Positions 26,656 to 35,740 of a stretch of DNA of 64,000 nucleotides are shown piece after piece. Each line of letters opens with the position of its first letter. The stretch's first letter is position 1. A program made the position numbers and the translations under genes. The stretch is taken from positions 55,187 through 119,186 of the forward strand of contig CAWBLL010000003.1 in NCBI GenBank assembly GCA_963789465.1, in the 5' to 3' direction. The notes beneath the pieces were generated by a model that was not told the origin of the DNA, did not search any database, and was given only the letters and a program-made list of their open reading frames with translations. This stretch comes from an uncultured Bacteroidales bacterium. Lineage in GTDB: Bacteria > Bacteroidota > Bacteroidia > Bacteroidales > VadinHA17.

Positions 26656-27243
26656 CTATTTTTCCCCCTGATATTTTTTATTTATGGCATCAATGACCTT
26701 CTGGGTGATATCGAGAGCAGGATCGCCGTAAAGGACTACGCTGCCAAAGCTTTTTCCAAAGATATACTGGTAGTTATATTCAGATTTGTTCTCATCCAGA
26801 TATTTGGTGATATACTCCAGGATCTGACGATTCATTACCTGTTCCTCCTCCATAAGATTGGACTGCAATTTATCCCGAAGATTTACAAGTTCCTGCTGCT
26901 GTTGCATAAGTGCCTGCTCCATTTCAGCTGCAGTTGCCCTTGTAACGAGCCCCTTGGACACCTTTTCCTGGTAATCCCTGGCTCCCTTTTCATACTGAGT
27001 TCCCTTGGAATTGAGCTCTGCCTCAGCACTTTTCTGTTTTGTTAAAAGGTCCTCTCTTTTATCATGGAACATAGCAAATTTGAAAATTACGGTATCAATA
27101 TTTATGTATGCGATTCCCTGGGCTGAAGATTCAGTGACAGGAGCTGCCACCACACTTTTTTTAGTGCCTGAGAAATGCAGAAAATAGAGTCCTGCCACAG
27201 CTAAAAACAGAACAACATACAGAATTATGGAAAGCTTCTTCAT
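26656..27243 (-). CDS. OmpH/Skp family periplasmic chaperone (membrane-anchored)
   Basis: IAYINIDT, coiled coil, LDITQKVIDAIN. TATATTTG promoter at 27278-27285. Confidence 0.85.
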   Translation of the reverse strand: MKKLSIILYVVLFLAVAGLYFLHFSGTKKSVVAAPVTESSAQGIAYINIDTVIFKFAMFHDKREDLLTKQKSAEAELNSKGTQYEKGARDYQEKVSKGLVTRATAAEMEQALMQQQQELVNLRDKLQSNLMEEEQVMNRQILEYITKYLDENKSEYNYQYIFGKSFGSVVLYGDPALDITQKVIDAINKKYQGEK

Positions 27244-27331
27244 TATAAAAAAATAAATGTTAAACATCAGTAAGGCGCAAATATAAACAAATTAATAAAT
27301 TAGAGTACTAAAGCCAGAGAATTTTAAGAGA

Positions 27332-28315
27332 CTAGAACTCAGGGCAGGGGATTGCCCTTATCTTTTTTCTCTGTCCCAGTGACAGATTATTGAATTCGTA
27401 GATAAGGGAGACCTCATGAGAGCCGCCCGAAGATCCGATCAGGTTTGAAATGGTAAAATCGTAGCTGTATCCTATGGAAAGATTGTCGGTCTTGATTCCA
27501 AGAAGGCCAATTATAGCATCTCCCGCCTGGGAGGTGGCAAAGGGGATACCCCTGTACCATAATCCGAAAACCAGAGGGTATTTATAATAGTAGACACCGA
27601 GGTCGGATTGATAAAATTTAGCCTGTTTCTGAAAATTCATTGCCACGGAAAGAACCTCCTGCATCTTCTGACGCAGCCTCGTTTTCTTCAGTACCTGGAT
27701 CCCTCCATAAAGATTTACTTTAACCGGGACAGAAGCTTCATCGCCGTAGAAGGATGTTTTTGGCACCAGCAGATGATCCAGGGTAAAACCACCCCATATC
27801 CTGTCATTGTAGACAAGGGCGGAAGTAGCAAAATCGACATCGGCCACTTTATCAAATGGCGGAGGATTAACGGAAGGTGTGGTACCGCTGCCGGTAATCT
27901 GACTATTAAAGATCAGCTTGTTTATATCGAGTCCCAGATAATAGAACTTAAAGTTCACACCCGGTCTGATATGCCACTCCTTGTTAATATTAAAATCATA
28001 GGAATAGAGCAGCCCAATATTTGTGGTACTGAGGTTACCGGAGCCGGCCACATCGTAAGTAGCCAGTATTCCTATCCCTGAATTGAAGCTGGGCATTGCC
28101 TTTTCGAACGAGATACTGTAGGTATTGAAAACACCAGGGACAGAAGGCCACTGGTTTCTGTAATTGATTGCAAGCCGGTACTGCTCGGTGGCTCCCGCAA
28201 ATGATGGTGACAAATATAACTTGTTGGCATAAAACTGCGAGAAGGTTGGGTCCTGACCTAAACATTCCACAATAATGATGAAGAATAGTAAGAGAAAATA
28301 TATTATCCGTTTCAC
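27332..28315 (-). CDS. PorP/SprF family T9SS outer-membrane barrel
   Basis: QDPTFSQFYANKLYLSPSFAG, NYRNQW, GLWYRG, IGYSYDFT, GSHEVSLIY, C-terminal PCPEF. Probable GTG start at 28315. Confidence 0.9.
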   Translation of the reverse strand: MKRIIYFLLLFFIIIVECLGQDPTFSQFYANKLYLSPSFAGATEQYRLAINYRNQWPSVPGVFNTYSISFEKAMPSFNSGIGILATYDVAGSGNLSTTNIGLLYSYDFNINKEWHIRPGVNFKFYYLGLDINKLIFNSQITGSGTTPSVNPPPFDKVADVDFATSALVYNDRIWGGFTLDHLLVPKTSFYGDEASVPVKVNLYGGIQVLKKTRLRQKMQEVLSVAMNFQKQAKFYQSDLGVYYYKYPLVFGLWYRGIPFATSQAGDAIIGLLGIKTDNLSIGYSYDFTISNLIGSSGGSHEVSLIYEFNNLSLGQRKKIRAIPCPEF

Positions 28316-28504
28316 CAAGACAGGCAGATTTAGGTTAACATCTACGAAATTAATGATTTGAAACGATAATATCTTACTATTTTTCATATTTTATCAACAG
28401 CACCTTTCATCTGAAGCCAATTTTGTTAACCATCGGCTGGAGACAACATCTATGAAAATACCGTTTTTTTATGATAAAATACTTTGCAGAAATATACTAT
28501 TGGA

Positions 28505-29854
28505 TCAGTTTTTTAAGAGCGTAACATCTCCCATTTTAGTAAAGGGTTCACCATTGGTGAAGTTACCCCTTACTTTCCAGATATAAACTCCGGAGTTGCT
28601 CAACTGCCCTTTATAGTAGCCGTCCCATCCTACATTGATGTCATTCGTTTCAAATATCAACACACCAAGTTTGCTGAAAATCTTAAGGTGATATTCGGAT
28701 ACTCCGTAGAAAGAGGGATGAAATACCTGTGCAGTTTCATCACTTTTCGGGGAATATAACCCACCCGAGGGACCGCCTTCATTCGGTATAAATGCGTTTG
28801 GAAATTCAATGAAGTATGATGATCCGGAAAAAGCATTATAAACAACCAGTGAGTCGGCACATCCATTTTCAGAAAATACCTTAAGGCTGATATCATAATT
28901 TCCGGATTTTTCATATCTGTGAACAGGTTCAAACAGTTCGGAGGTACTTCCGTCACCAAAATGCCACAGATATCTTACTGCTCCGGAGGAATAATTCTGG
29001 AAATGAACCTCATCCTCAGGAATGGCAATATTATCAGGATAAATCTCAAAGCTGGCGGAAGGTCCTGGAAAAACTGAAATAGCAGATGAAGAGCTTGTTA
29101 CAATTCCATCAGGTCCAATTACTTTAAGCACAACCTTATAATCTCCTTCTACATCGTATATCCACTCAGGATTCCTGCCTGAGGAGGAGCCTCCGTCACC
29201 AAAAGTCCAGAAACATGAATCATATTCCGGTATATTACTTTTAAAGATCACTCTAAGAGGGGCGCATCCTTTGGTTACGGAAGATTTAAATAGCTCCTCC
29301 TCTGATCTTTTCATCTCCTGAAGCTTCAATTTTTCTTCCGTCACCCCGGGAAAAAGAGATGTTCCCTCAAGTGACCTTTTTAATGTGTCAGTGCTTAAAT
29401 TATAAGTATCAATGGAAACCGATTTCCTGACGGCAGGATTTAAGACGACAGGCTGCTTCCCGGTATTGGATTCTTTTCCGGCAGGAGGTGTAATCTTTAT
29501 GCTGTCAGACAACTTCTTACCGGAAGTATTCTGTCCGGCAGGAATCATTAATCTTTCACCGCTTGCCACTGACAGAGTTTGCCTGACACTATTCCCCGGC
29601 TGAATCATTTCATTCCCTTCCTTAGCAGGTGATATAAGCAGGACGGTAACTATGGCGGCTGCAATAATACCCCCAAGGTAATATACATTGAACCGGGCAG
29701 GACTAAAATGCAGAAATTCACGCACTGCAAGTTTGCGCATCAGCTTTAAACTCACAGCCGGATCAGGAGTGACCTCGGCATTCTCCAGAGTATGCCGGAA
29801 TATCTCCCTCAGATTCCTGTCTGCCTTTTTTGGTTTCACCTTATTTTTGTTCAA
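28505..29854 (-). CDS. Membrane-anchored anti-sigma-like protein with two PKD domains and a T9SS type-B (CHU_C) C-terminal domain
   Basis: Basic N-terminus with LREIFRHTLENAEVTP, TM helix VYYLGGIIAAAIVTVLLIS, low-complexity linker, WTFGDG and WHFGDG PKD motifs, then PNAFIPN...WDGYYKG...GVYIWKV...GDVTLLK. Confidence 0.8.
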   Translation of the reverse strand: MNKNKVKPKKADRNLREIFRHTLENAEVTPDPAVSLKLMRKLAVREFLHFSPARFNVYYLGGIIAAAIVTVLLISPAKEGNEMIQPGNSVRQTLSVASGERLMIPAGQNTSGKKLSDSIKITPPAGKESNTGKQPVVLNPAVRKSVSIDTYNLSTDTLKRSLEGTSLFPGVTEEKLKLQEMKRSEEELFKSSVTKGCAPLRVIFKSNIPEYDSCFWTFGDGGSSSGRNPEWIYDVEGDYKVVLKVIGPDGIVTSSSSAISVFPGPSASFEIYPDNIAIPEDEVHFQNYSSGAVRYLWHFGDGSTSELFEPVHRYEKSGNYDISLKVFSENGCADSLVVYNAFSGSSYFIEFPNAFIPNEGGPSGGLYSPKSDETAQVFHPSFYGVSEYHLKIFSKLGVLIFETNDINVGWDGYYKGQLSNSGVYIWKVRGNFTNGEPFTKMGDVTLLKN

Positions 29855-29865
29855 TCATATCAACA

Positions 29866-30423
29866 TTAAGCAGGATAATTGTTCTTTAACTTTCCCAGTC
29901 TTTCAAGTTTGTCCCGAATGACTGCCCTCGCTCTGCTGTACTGAGATTTTGAGGTATTCGTATCTATTCCCATAATCTCAGCTATCTCCTTATGTTTATA
30001 ACCCTCAACAGCATAAAGGTTAAACACCATCCTGTAACCCCTTGGCAACTCATTGAGTACCATATAGAGCTCATCGGAGGAAAAAAAATCCTCATCAAAA
30101 CCAGCCACACCCGACTCGTGGGTTAAATAATCATCGATCTCAATATAGTATCTGTATTTAAGATTCTGATGATAATGAGTTATGGCTGTATTAACAACAA
30201 TTTTCCTTAGCCATCCCGTGAAAGAACCCGTCCCGGTAAAATCCTTTATCCTGAAATAAATTTTCAAAAAACTATCCTGCAATATATCTTCCGCCTCGGC
30301 CCTGTTGCCTGCATACCGCAAACAAACTCCCATCAATAACCGGGAGTATTTATCATAAAGTAACTTTTGTGCCTTCCTTTCATGTCTGGCACATCCCTCA
30401 ATTATTTGTTGGTCGTTCATCAT
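29866..30423 (-). CDS. ECF RNA polymerase sigma factor
   Basis: AQKLLYDKY, AEDILQDSF, WLRKIVVNTAI, LPRGYRMVFNLYAVEGYKHKEIA, TSKSQYSRAR. Confidence 0.93.
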   Translation of the reverse strand: MMNDQQIIEGCARHERKAQKLLYDKYSRLLMGVCLRYAGNRAEAEDILQDSFLKIYFRIKDFTGTGSFTGWLRKIVVNTAITHYHQNLKYRYYIEIDDYLTHESGVAGFDEDFFSSDELYMVLNELPRGYRMVFNLYAVEGYKHKEIAEIMGIDTNTSKSQYSRARAVIRDKLERLGKLKNNYPA

Positions 30424-30441
30424 AACCAGAGACCATTTTTA

Positions 30442-30469
30442 AGACAGTACATCCGGGAAAATGGTTGCA
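30442..30469 (-). promoter_or_regulatory. Candidate ECF-type autoregulatory promoter TGCAAC-N17-TGTCT
   Basis: An AAC (-35) / GTC (-10) arrangement typical of ECF promoters, 19 nt upstream of the sigma start. The same AAC-N17-TGTCT occurs upstream of porP at 28441-28465. Confidence 0.4.
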
Positions 30470-30611
30470 TCAGCATCAGAATTTATTTAATGAAGAAAAT
30501 GCCTTTTATTCATGATCACATCCAGATGACAAAGATCATTAAAATATGATTTGATTTTGATTTAATTAGCACGATTAAATCAATAATTTTAACAGTTTAT
30601 ATCAATACTTC

Positions 30612-31523
30612 ATGTTCAACAGATTCATTGCGGCCATATTACCTTTATTTCCGAAGAAATTTATATGGATTTTTTCAAGATCTTATATTGCAGGAGAAAC
30701 CATCCAGGATGCAATGCGTATATCAGGGGAATTCAACAATAAGCAGATAATGGTGACTCTGGATGTACTCGGAGAATTCATAAATACTCTTGAAGAGGCT
30801 GAAATGAACAAAAGAGAGTATCTAGACCTCATTGATGTGACTTCGCAAAATGGCATAGATGGAAATTTTTCCCTTAAACCGACAAGTTTTGGTCTGCTGC
30901 TCGATAAGGATATATGTCTTAATCACATCAGGGAAATAGTTGCAAAAGCAGCTTCGTGCGACAGATTTATCAGAATTGACATGGAAGACTCTCCCTGTAC
31001 CGATGCTGAGATTGAATTATTCAGAACACTTAAGAGTGAATATCCAATGAGTGTCGGACTTGTTCTCCAGGCATATCTGAGAAGGACCCTGCAGGATATC
31101 AGGGGCATGCTGGATCTTAATACTCCCGAAGCACCACTTAGCTTCAGGCTTTGCAAGGGTATATATGTAGAACATGAATCAATTGCATTCAAAAAGTATG
31201 AAGAGATAAACATCCATTTTTTGGAGGATCTTGAATTCATGTTCCAAAATAAGATACATGTTGGCATTGCCACTCATGATAAAAATCTGATCATGGGTTC
31301 ATACAAGCTGATTGACAAATACAAGGTCTCCAAAGAGATGTACGAATTCCAGATGTTATACGGTGTTACTCCAAACCTGCGTGAAAGCATTGTAAATGAA
31401 GGACATAAAATGAGGGTATATGTACCCTTCGGTAAACAATGGTTTGGATATTCAACAAGACGGCTGAAAGAAAATCCAAAAATGGCCAGTCACATCATTA
31501 AAGCGATTTTTATCAAGGGATAA
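30612..31523 (+). CDS. Monofunctional proline dehydrogenase
   Basis: YIAGET, DVLGE, SLKPT, RIDMED, LQAYLRRT, RLCKGIY, IATHD, EFQMLYG, RVYVPFG, RRLKENP. Confidence 0.93.
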   Translation: MFNRFIAAILPLFPKKFIWIFSRSYIAGETIQDAMRISGEFNNKQIMVTLDVLGEFINTLEEAEMNKREYLDLIDVTSQNGIDGNFSLKPTSFGLLLDKDICLNHIREIVAKAASCDRFIRIDMEDSPCTDAEIELFRTLKSEYPMSVGLVLQAYLRRTLQDIRGMLDLNTPEAPLSFRLCKGIYVEHESIAFKKYEEINIHFLEDLEFMFQNKIHVGIATHDKNLIMGSYKLIDKYKVSKEMYEFQMLYGVTPNLRESIVNEGHKMRVYVPFGKQWFGYSTRRLKENPKMASHIIKAIFIKG

Positions 31524-31537
31524 TAAGACTCAAGCTT

Positions 31538-31563
31538 GTGCATAGTGCATGGTGTATGGTGCA
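31538..31563 (+). repeat. Short degenerate heptamer repeat GTGCATA-GTGCATG-GTGTATG-GTGCA
   Basis: About 3.7 units starting 15 nt after the proline dehydrogenase stop. Confidence 0.55.
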
Positions 31564-31648
31564 GTGTACGTGCTGCATGAAGGTACCAGGCCTAACCGGG
31601 TAATCCGCTTACATGAGCCTGCTTTAAGCAGATTAGCTCCTTTGACAG

Positions 31649-32371
31649 TTACTTTTTCAGTTGAGAATGTGTTTCAAGGTACTTATCATTTAGCTGGTCC
31701 AGCTCACTTTGAGTAAGATGAGGTTGCAGGGAACCAGGATTTTCAGGCAAGCCATGAACGAGCAGATAAGCCGCCGGAATAAGAATAAATGCATTTAACC
31801 CAACCATTTGCTCTGAAGGAATACCGCCCTTCTCAAATGCGCTGATTTTTTGCCTCCTCGTAATCAATGCATAGTTGTCCTGGGGATCTCCCAGTATATT
31901 CTGACTGTTTTTACCCTGGTAAGCAGAAACAGCTACATTATACCTTGCGTTCTCCATTGAGACTGATGTCTTGCTTTTTGCATTGAGAATATCAGATTTC
32001 AGGTTTGTATATGCAGGCAGGATAACAACTTCAGGAATAATAAGCGTATCGGTATTCATATATATTCCGGTAATATACTCCATGCCATTGATGGTGTCGC
32101 TAACAGGCAATACGGTCCGTTTATAACCCAGGCTTCTGAAGACCACGGTATCATTCCGGTTTACGTAAAATGAAAAACTTCCATCTGCACCGCTGACTGA
32201 CGAAAACGTCTTGTTGATCAATATCTGTGAATTTGAGACCGGTGCCAGGGTAGATGCATCCATAACTACACCTCTGAAGAGAATTTGTTGATCAGTATTC
32301 TCTTTCACCTGACTTAATCCCGGGCAAAAGAAGATGAAAATTGATGGAACTATGAGCACAAGGCGCTTCAT
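31649..32371 (-). CDS. Secreted protein with a carboxypeptidase regulatory-like domain
   Basis: Signal peptide, FRGVVMDASTLAPV, GSFSFYV, DTVVFRSLGYK, PEVVI. Confidence 0.7.
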   Translation of the reverse strand: MKRLVLIVPSIFIFFCPGLSQVKENTDQQILFRGVVMDASTLAPVSNSQILINKTFSSVSGADGSFSFYVNRNDTVVFRSLGYKRTVLPVSDTINGMEYITGIYMNTDTLIIPEVVILPAYTNLKSDILNAKSKTSVSMENARYNVAVSAYQGKNSQNILGDPQDNYALITRRQKISAFEKGGIPSEQMVGLNAFILIPAAYLLVHGLPENPGSLQPHLTQSELDQLNDKYLETHSQLKK

Positions 32372-32385
32372 TGTCAATTTTCAGT

Positions 32386-32961
32386 TTATGTATTTAGTAT
32401 CACATCTTTAAGATTGCGCTTTGGAACATGATGAACGCCTTTGTCATCTCTCCAGTATTTAACATCATCCGCCTTCATCTCCTCAATTACGACCTTCTCT
32501 ATGGGTTTACCAATTGCAACGATAAAAAGGACATCAAATCTGTCGGGTATTTTAAGATCATTGCAAAGTTCATCCCGTGCTATCGAGGCGATAATGCAAC
32601 CACCAAGCCCTTCATTGGTCGCTCCAAGCATTATGGAGTGGGCAGCTATCCCATGATCGACGCCAAAGTTATCGGAAATTTCCCTGTCTCCCAGTATAAC
32701 AATGTAAGCGGATGGCCTTTCACCTTTTTCGGGACCTGACCAGTCATTCAGGTATGCAGCCCATGAGAGGTAGGAGAAAATTTTTTCACATTCTTCGGAT
32801 GTCTGGTAAATGAGGTACTTAAGAGGCTGTCTGTTTCCTCCTGATGTTGATAACCGTGCCAGGTCTACCAGTTTCTCCAGTGTTTCAAGGCTTATGTGGT
32901 GTGACTCATCGAACCGCCGGAATGTACGTGTCTTTAAAACAAGCGCTTTTAGATCCATCAT
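32386..32961 (-). CDS. Nitroreductase family protein
   Basis: RTFRRF, ARLSTSGGNRQP, DHGIAAHSIMLGA, GLGGC, HHVPKR. Confidence 0.9.
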   Translation of the reverse strand: MMDLKALVLKTRTFRRFDESHHISLETLEKLVDLARLSTSGGNRQPLKYLIYQTSEECEKIFSYLSWAAYLNDWSGPEKGERPSAYIVILGDREISDNFGVDHGIAAHSIMLGATNEGLGGCIIASIARDELCNDLKIPDRFDVLFIVAIGKPIEKVVIEEMKADDVKYWRDDKGVHHVPKRNLKDVILNT

Positions 32962-32985
32962 AAATTGCAATTGCTACATAAAATT

Positions 32986-33016
32986 AAATAAAAGGGGAAT
33001 CAATAAATGATCCCCC
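32986..33016 (-). terminator. Intrinsic terminator after sod
   Basis: Minus strand GGGGGATCA-TTTAT-TGATTCCCC followed by TTTTATTT. Confidence 0.75.
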
Positions 33017-33033
33017 GTGAACAAAGAAAATTC

Positions 33034-33609
33034 TCAATACCTTTTTGAGATAATATCCCAGTCAAGAATCTCCCAGAATGATTTGATATAATCCGGGCGC
33101 CTGTTTCTGTAATCTATATAATAAGCATGTTCCCAGACATCGCATGTAATAATGGGTTTAAGACCCTTTCGAAGCGGATTGCCGGCATTCGATTCCTGAA
33201 CGATCTGCAGTGTCCCGTTCTCGTTCCTGACAAGCCATGCCCATCCGGCACCAAAAAGAGATCCTGCAGCCTTATTGAACTGATCCTTAAATGAATCAAA
33301 AGAACCGAAAGAACCGTTTATTGCATCAGAAAGAACTCCGGCGGGTATCTTTCTGCCATCTTTGGAAAATGTTTCAAAATAGAAGGTGTGGTTCCAGACC
33401 TGAGCAGCATTATTGTAGATGCCCCCCTCTGCCTTTTTAATAATAGCTTCCAGACTTGCGTTTTCAAATTCTGTTCCGGGTACCAATCCATTAAGATTAT
33501 TTACGTAAGCCTGATGATGTTTGCCATAATGATAATCAAGCGTCTCTTCACTGATATAAGGAACAAGTGAGTTCAGCCTGTACGGGAGTTTCGGTAGTTC
33601 AAATGCCAT
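33034..33609 (-). CDS. sodB: Fe/Mn superoxide dismutase (Fe-type signature)
   Basis: HYGKHHQAYV, NNAAQVWNHTFY, DVWEHAYYIDY. Confidence 0.93.
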   Translation of the reverse strand: MAFELPKLPYRLNSLVPYISEETLDYHYGKHHQAYVNNLNGLVPGTEFENASLEAIIKKAEGGIYNNAAQVWNHTFYFETFSKDGRKIPAGVLSDAINGSFGSFDSFKDQFNKAAGSLFGAGWAWLVRNENGTLQIVQESNAGNPLRKGLKPIITCDVWEHAYYIDYRNRRPDYIKSFWEILDWDIISKRY

Positions 33610-33698
33610 AATTGATTTTTTTAATTAATACTTTGAACAGTTAAACACGGAAAATAATTCTATGTTCAAATTTAACATTTTCGATCCGGAATATTGCG

Positions 33699-34532
33699 CT
33701 AAACAGTAAGAAAAATTCTTTCAGGAAGTCGCGGTATAACTTTTTTCCCGCTGGCAATCCTGAACATTTCGTTTACAGCCTCCTTCCCTGCTACCCCAAG
33801 CTCAAGGGTAAATTCATTAACGAAAAGCTTAATATGGTTATTCATAACAGTACTATCCATGTCGGATGCATTCTCAGCCACAAAAGAATAAGAGGCGAAT
33901 GAATCTCTGTAGGCATACTCAAGGCTTTTCCGTATTATCCGATTAACCTTCAGAGCTATCTCCCGGGGTACTGCTCTGTTAACAACTATTGCACCAAGGG
34001 GTATAGGCTGGCCTGTGAGTTTCTCCCAGAATTCTCCCATATCGGCGATTTTTGTAAGTCCTTTCTTCTCATAGGTAAAGCGGGTCTCATGGATAATCAG
34101 ACCAGCATCAGCCTGATCAGATATAAGAATGTCGGGAATATCTGAAAAAAGATACTCTTTTTTATTTTTTGCATCGGGCCATGCTATGCTGAAAAGAAGG
34201 TTTGCTGTAGTATACTTTCCCGGAATTGCTATGCGACTCAGAGAAAGGTCGGCAGAACCGATATCCCGTTTGCTGATCAGCAGGGGACCGTTCCTGTGGC
34301 CAAGGGCACTGCCTGAATCGAGAATGAGATAGTCTTTGGCGGCATAGGAATATGCATGGTAGCTAATCTTTGTAATATCCAGGTCTCCTGACAGTGCCCT
34401 CCTGTTCAACTCCTCTACATCTGCAAGTAAGTAATCAAACTCCAGCCCTTCAGTATCAATCCTTTCGTGCACCATTGCATCAAAAATAAAAGTATCGTTG
34501 GGGCATGGAGAAAATCCCAGTGTCAGTTTCAT
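33699..34532 (-). CDS. mqnD: 1,4-dihydroxy-6-naphthoate synthase
   Basis: GFSPCPNDTFIF, ADVEELN, PGKYTTA, IIHETRFTY, PIPLG, HIKLFVNEFT. Confidence 0.92.
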   Translation of the reverse strand: MKLTLGFSPCPNDTFIFDAMVHERIDTEGLEFDYLLADVEELNRRALSGDLDITKISYHAYSYAAKDYLILDSGSALGHRNGPLLISKRDIGSADLSLSRIAIPGKYTTANLLFSIAWPDAKNKKEYLFSDIPDILISDQADAGLIIHETRFTYEKKGLTKIADMGEFWEKLTGQPIPLGAIVVNRAVPREIALKVNRIIRKSLEYAYRDSFASYSFVAENASDMDSTVMNNHIKLFVNEFTLELGVAGKEAVNEMFRIASGKKVIPRLPERIFLTV

Positions 34533-34536
34533 CTTT

Positions 34537-35217
34537 TCACCTCAGTATTAAAAAAAAATCATTCAGTTTTTTCTGCATATTTGATATGGCAAGTTTTATG
34601 TCCCATTTCTGCCTGTTCCGGATTTCAACCATATTTGAGACTGCCCTCAAAGCAAGAAAAGGTATTTTTTCCCTGCTGCAAATATAAAAAAAAGTTGCTC
34701 CCTCCATAGTCTCAATATCAGGACTATACTTTTTAACCAGCTTCTCCCTTGTGGCTTCTGATCCGGTGGCAGTGTTGACAGTGATAGCCCTTACAGGCTT
34801 TGCGATACCTCTTGCCTTCGCAACATAACGGGAATCAGCCCCAATTTTTCCATCAACAAAAGGGAACTCATTGGCATCAACCAGACCGGCTTCCGAGAGA
34901 GTAAGAAAATTATTGCCATCCTCAATACCGGCATCGGCAAAACAATCGCTTACAGGCATAACAACATCACCTATATTGATCTCCCTGTTATAACTGCCTG
35001 CAATCCCCGAGTTTATGGCAAGGTCGGGCTTTTCATTTGAAGAGAGCCATTTTTGCATCTCCCAGGCAGTAGAGACAGATCCCACTCCCGCAACAAGAAC
35101 ACTTATCTTCAGATTACCAAGAAGGTAACCATCATCAATGATCTGAATTCCACGGATACCGCCAATAACATCAGCCTCCAAAACAGTTGCTGTGACAAAA
35201 AGTATTTTAGCCGGCAT
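34537..35217 (-). CDS. mqnB: Futalosine hydrolase
   Basis: PNP/UDP fold (GVG, GIAGSY, ETMEGA, RAVSNMVEIRNRQKW). Immediately upstream of mqnD. Confidence 0.88.
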   Translation of the reverse strand: MPAKILFVTATVLEADVIGGIRGIQIIDDGYLLGNLKISVLVAGVGSVSTAWEMQKWLSSNEKPDLAINSGIAGSYNREINIGDVVMPVSDCFADAGIEDGNNFLTLSEAGLVDANEFPFVDGKIGADSRYVAKARGIAKPVRAITVNTATGSEATREKLVKKYSPDIETMEGATFFYICSREKIPFLALRAVSNMVEIRNRQKWDIKLAISNMQKKLNDFFLILR

Positions 35218-35320
35218 AGTGATCAGTTTTCGGGCACCTGAGTTGAGTCAAAAAGTAAAGATATTGAATTTATGGATCAGAAAGATCAAAATAATTGGCT
35301 AATATTGTACTATAAATAGT

Positions 35321-35740
35321 ATGAGGATGATTTACCTTACCCGGCGGGAACGGTTCAGTGCAGCACACAGAATGTTCAGGGATGACTGGTCCGACGAAAA
35401 AAATCTGCAGATTTTCGGAAAGTGTTCAAACCCAAACTGGCATGGACATAATTATATTTTGTGGATAACAGTTAAAGGTGAACCTTCTGATGAAAACGGA
35501 TTTGTAATGAACATTAACATTCTGAAACAGGTTATTCAGAATAATGTGATAAGTAAGGTTGATCACAAGAATATTAACCTCGATGTGGATTTTATGCAGG
35601 GGAAGATAGCAACAACTGAAAATCTGGCTGTTGCAATATGGAATGAGCTGAAGGATGCTGTTGAAAATGCAGGAGCTGAACTCCACTGTGTAAAAATTGA
35701 GGAAACCGAAAACAATTTTATTGAGTATTATGGGAAATAA
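35321..35740 (+). CDS. 6-pyruvoyl-tetrahydropterin synthase family protein, C-X5-HGH type
   Basis: [36 protein letters not shown]. Confidence 0.88.
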   Translation: MRMIYLTRRERFSAAHRMFRDDWSDEKNLQIFGKCSNPNWHGHNYILWITVKGEPSDENGFVMNINILKQVIQNNVISKVDHKNINLDVDFMQGKIATTENLAVAIWNELKDAVENAGAELHCVKIEETENNFIEYYGK

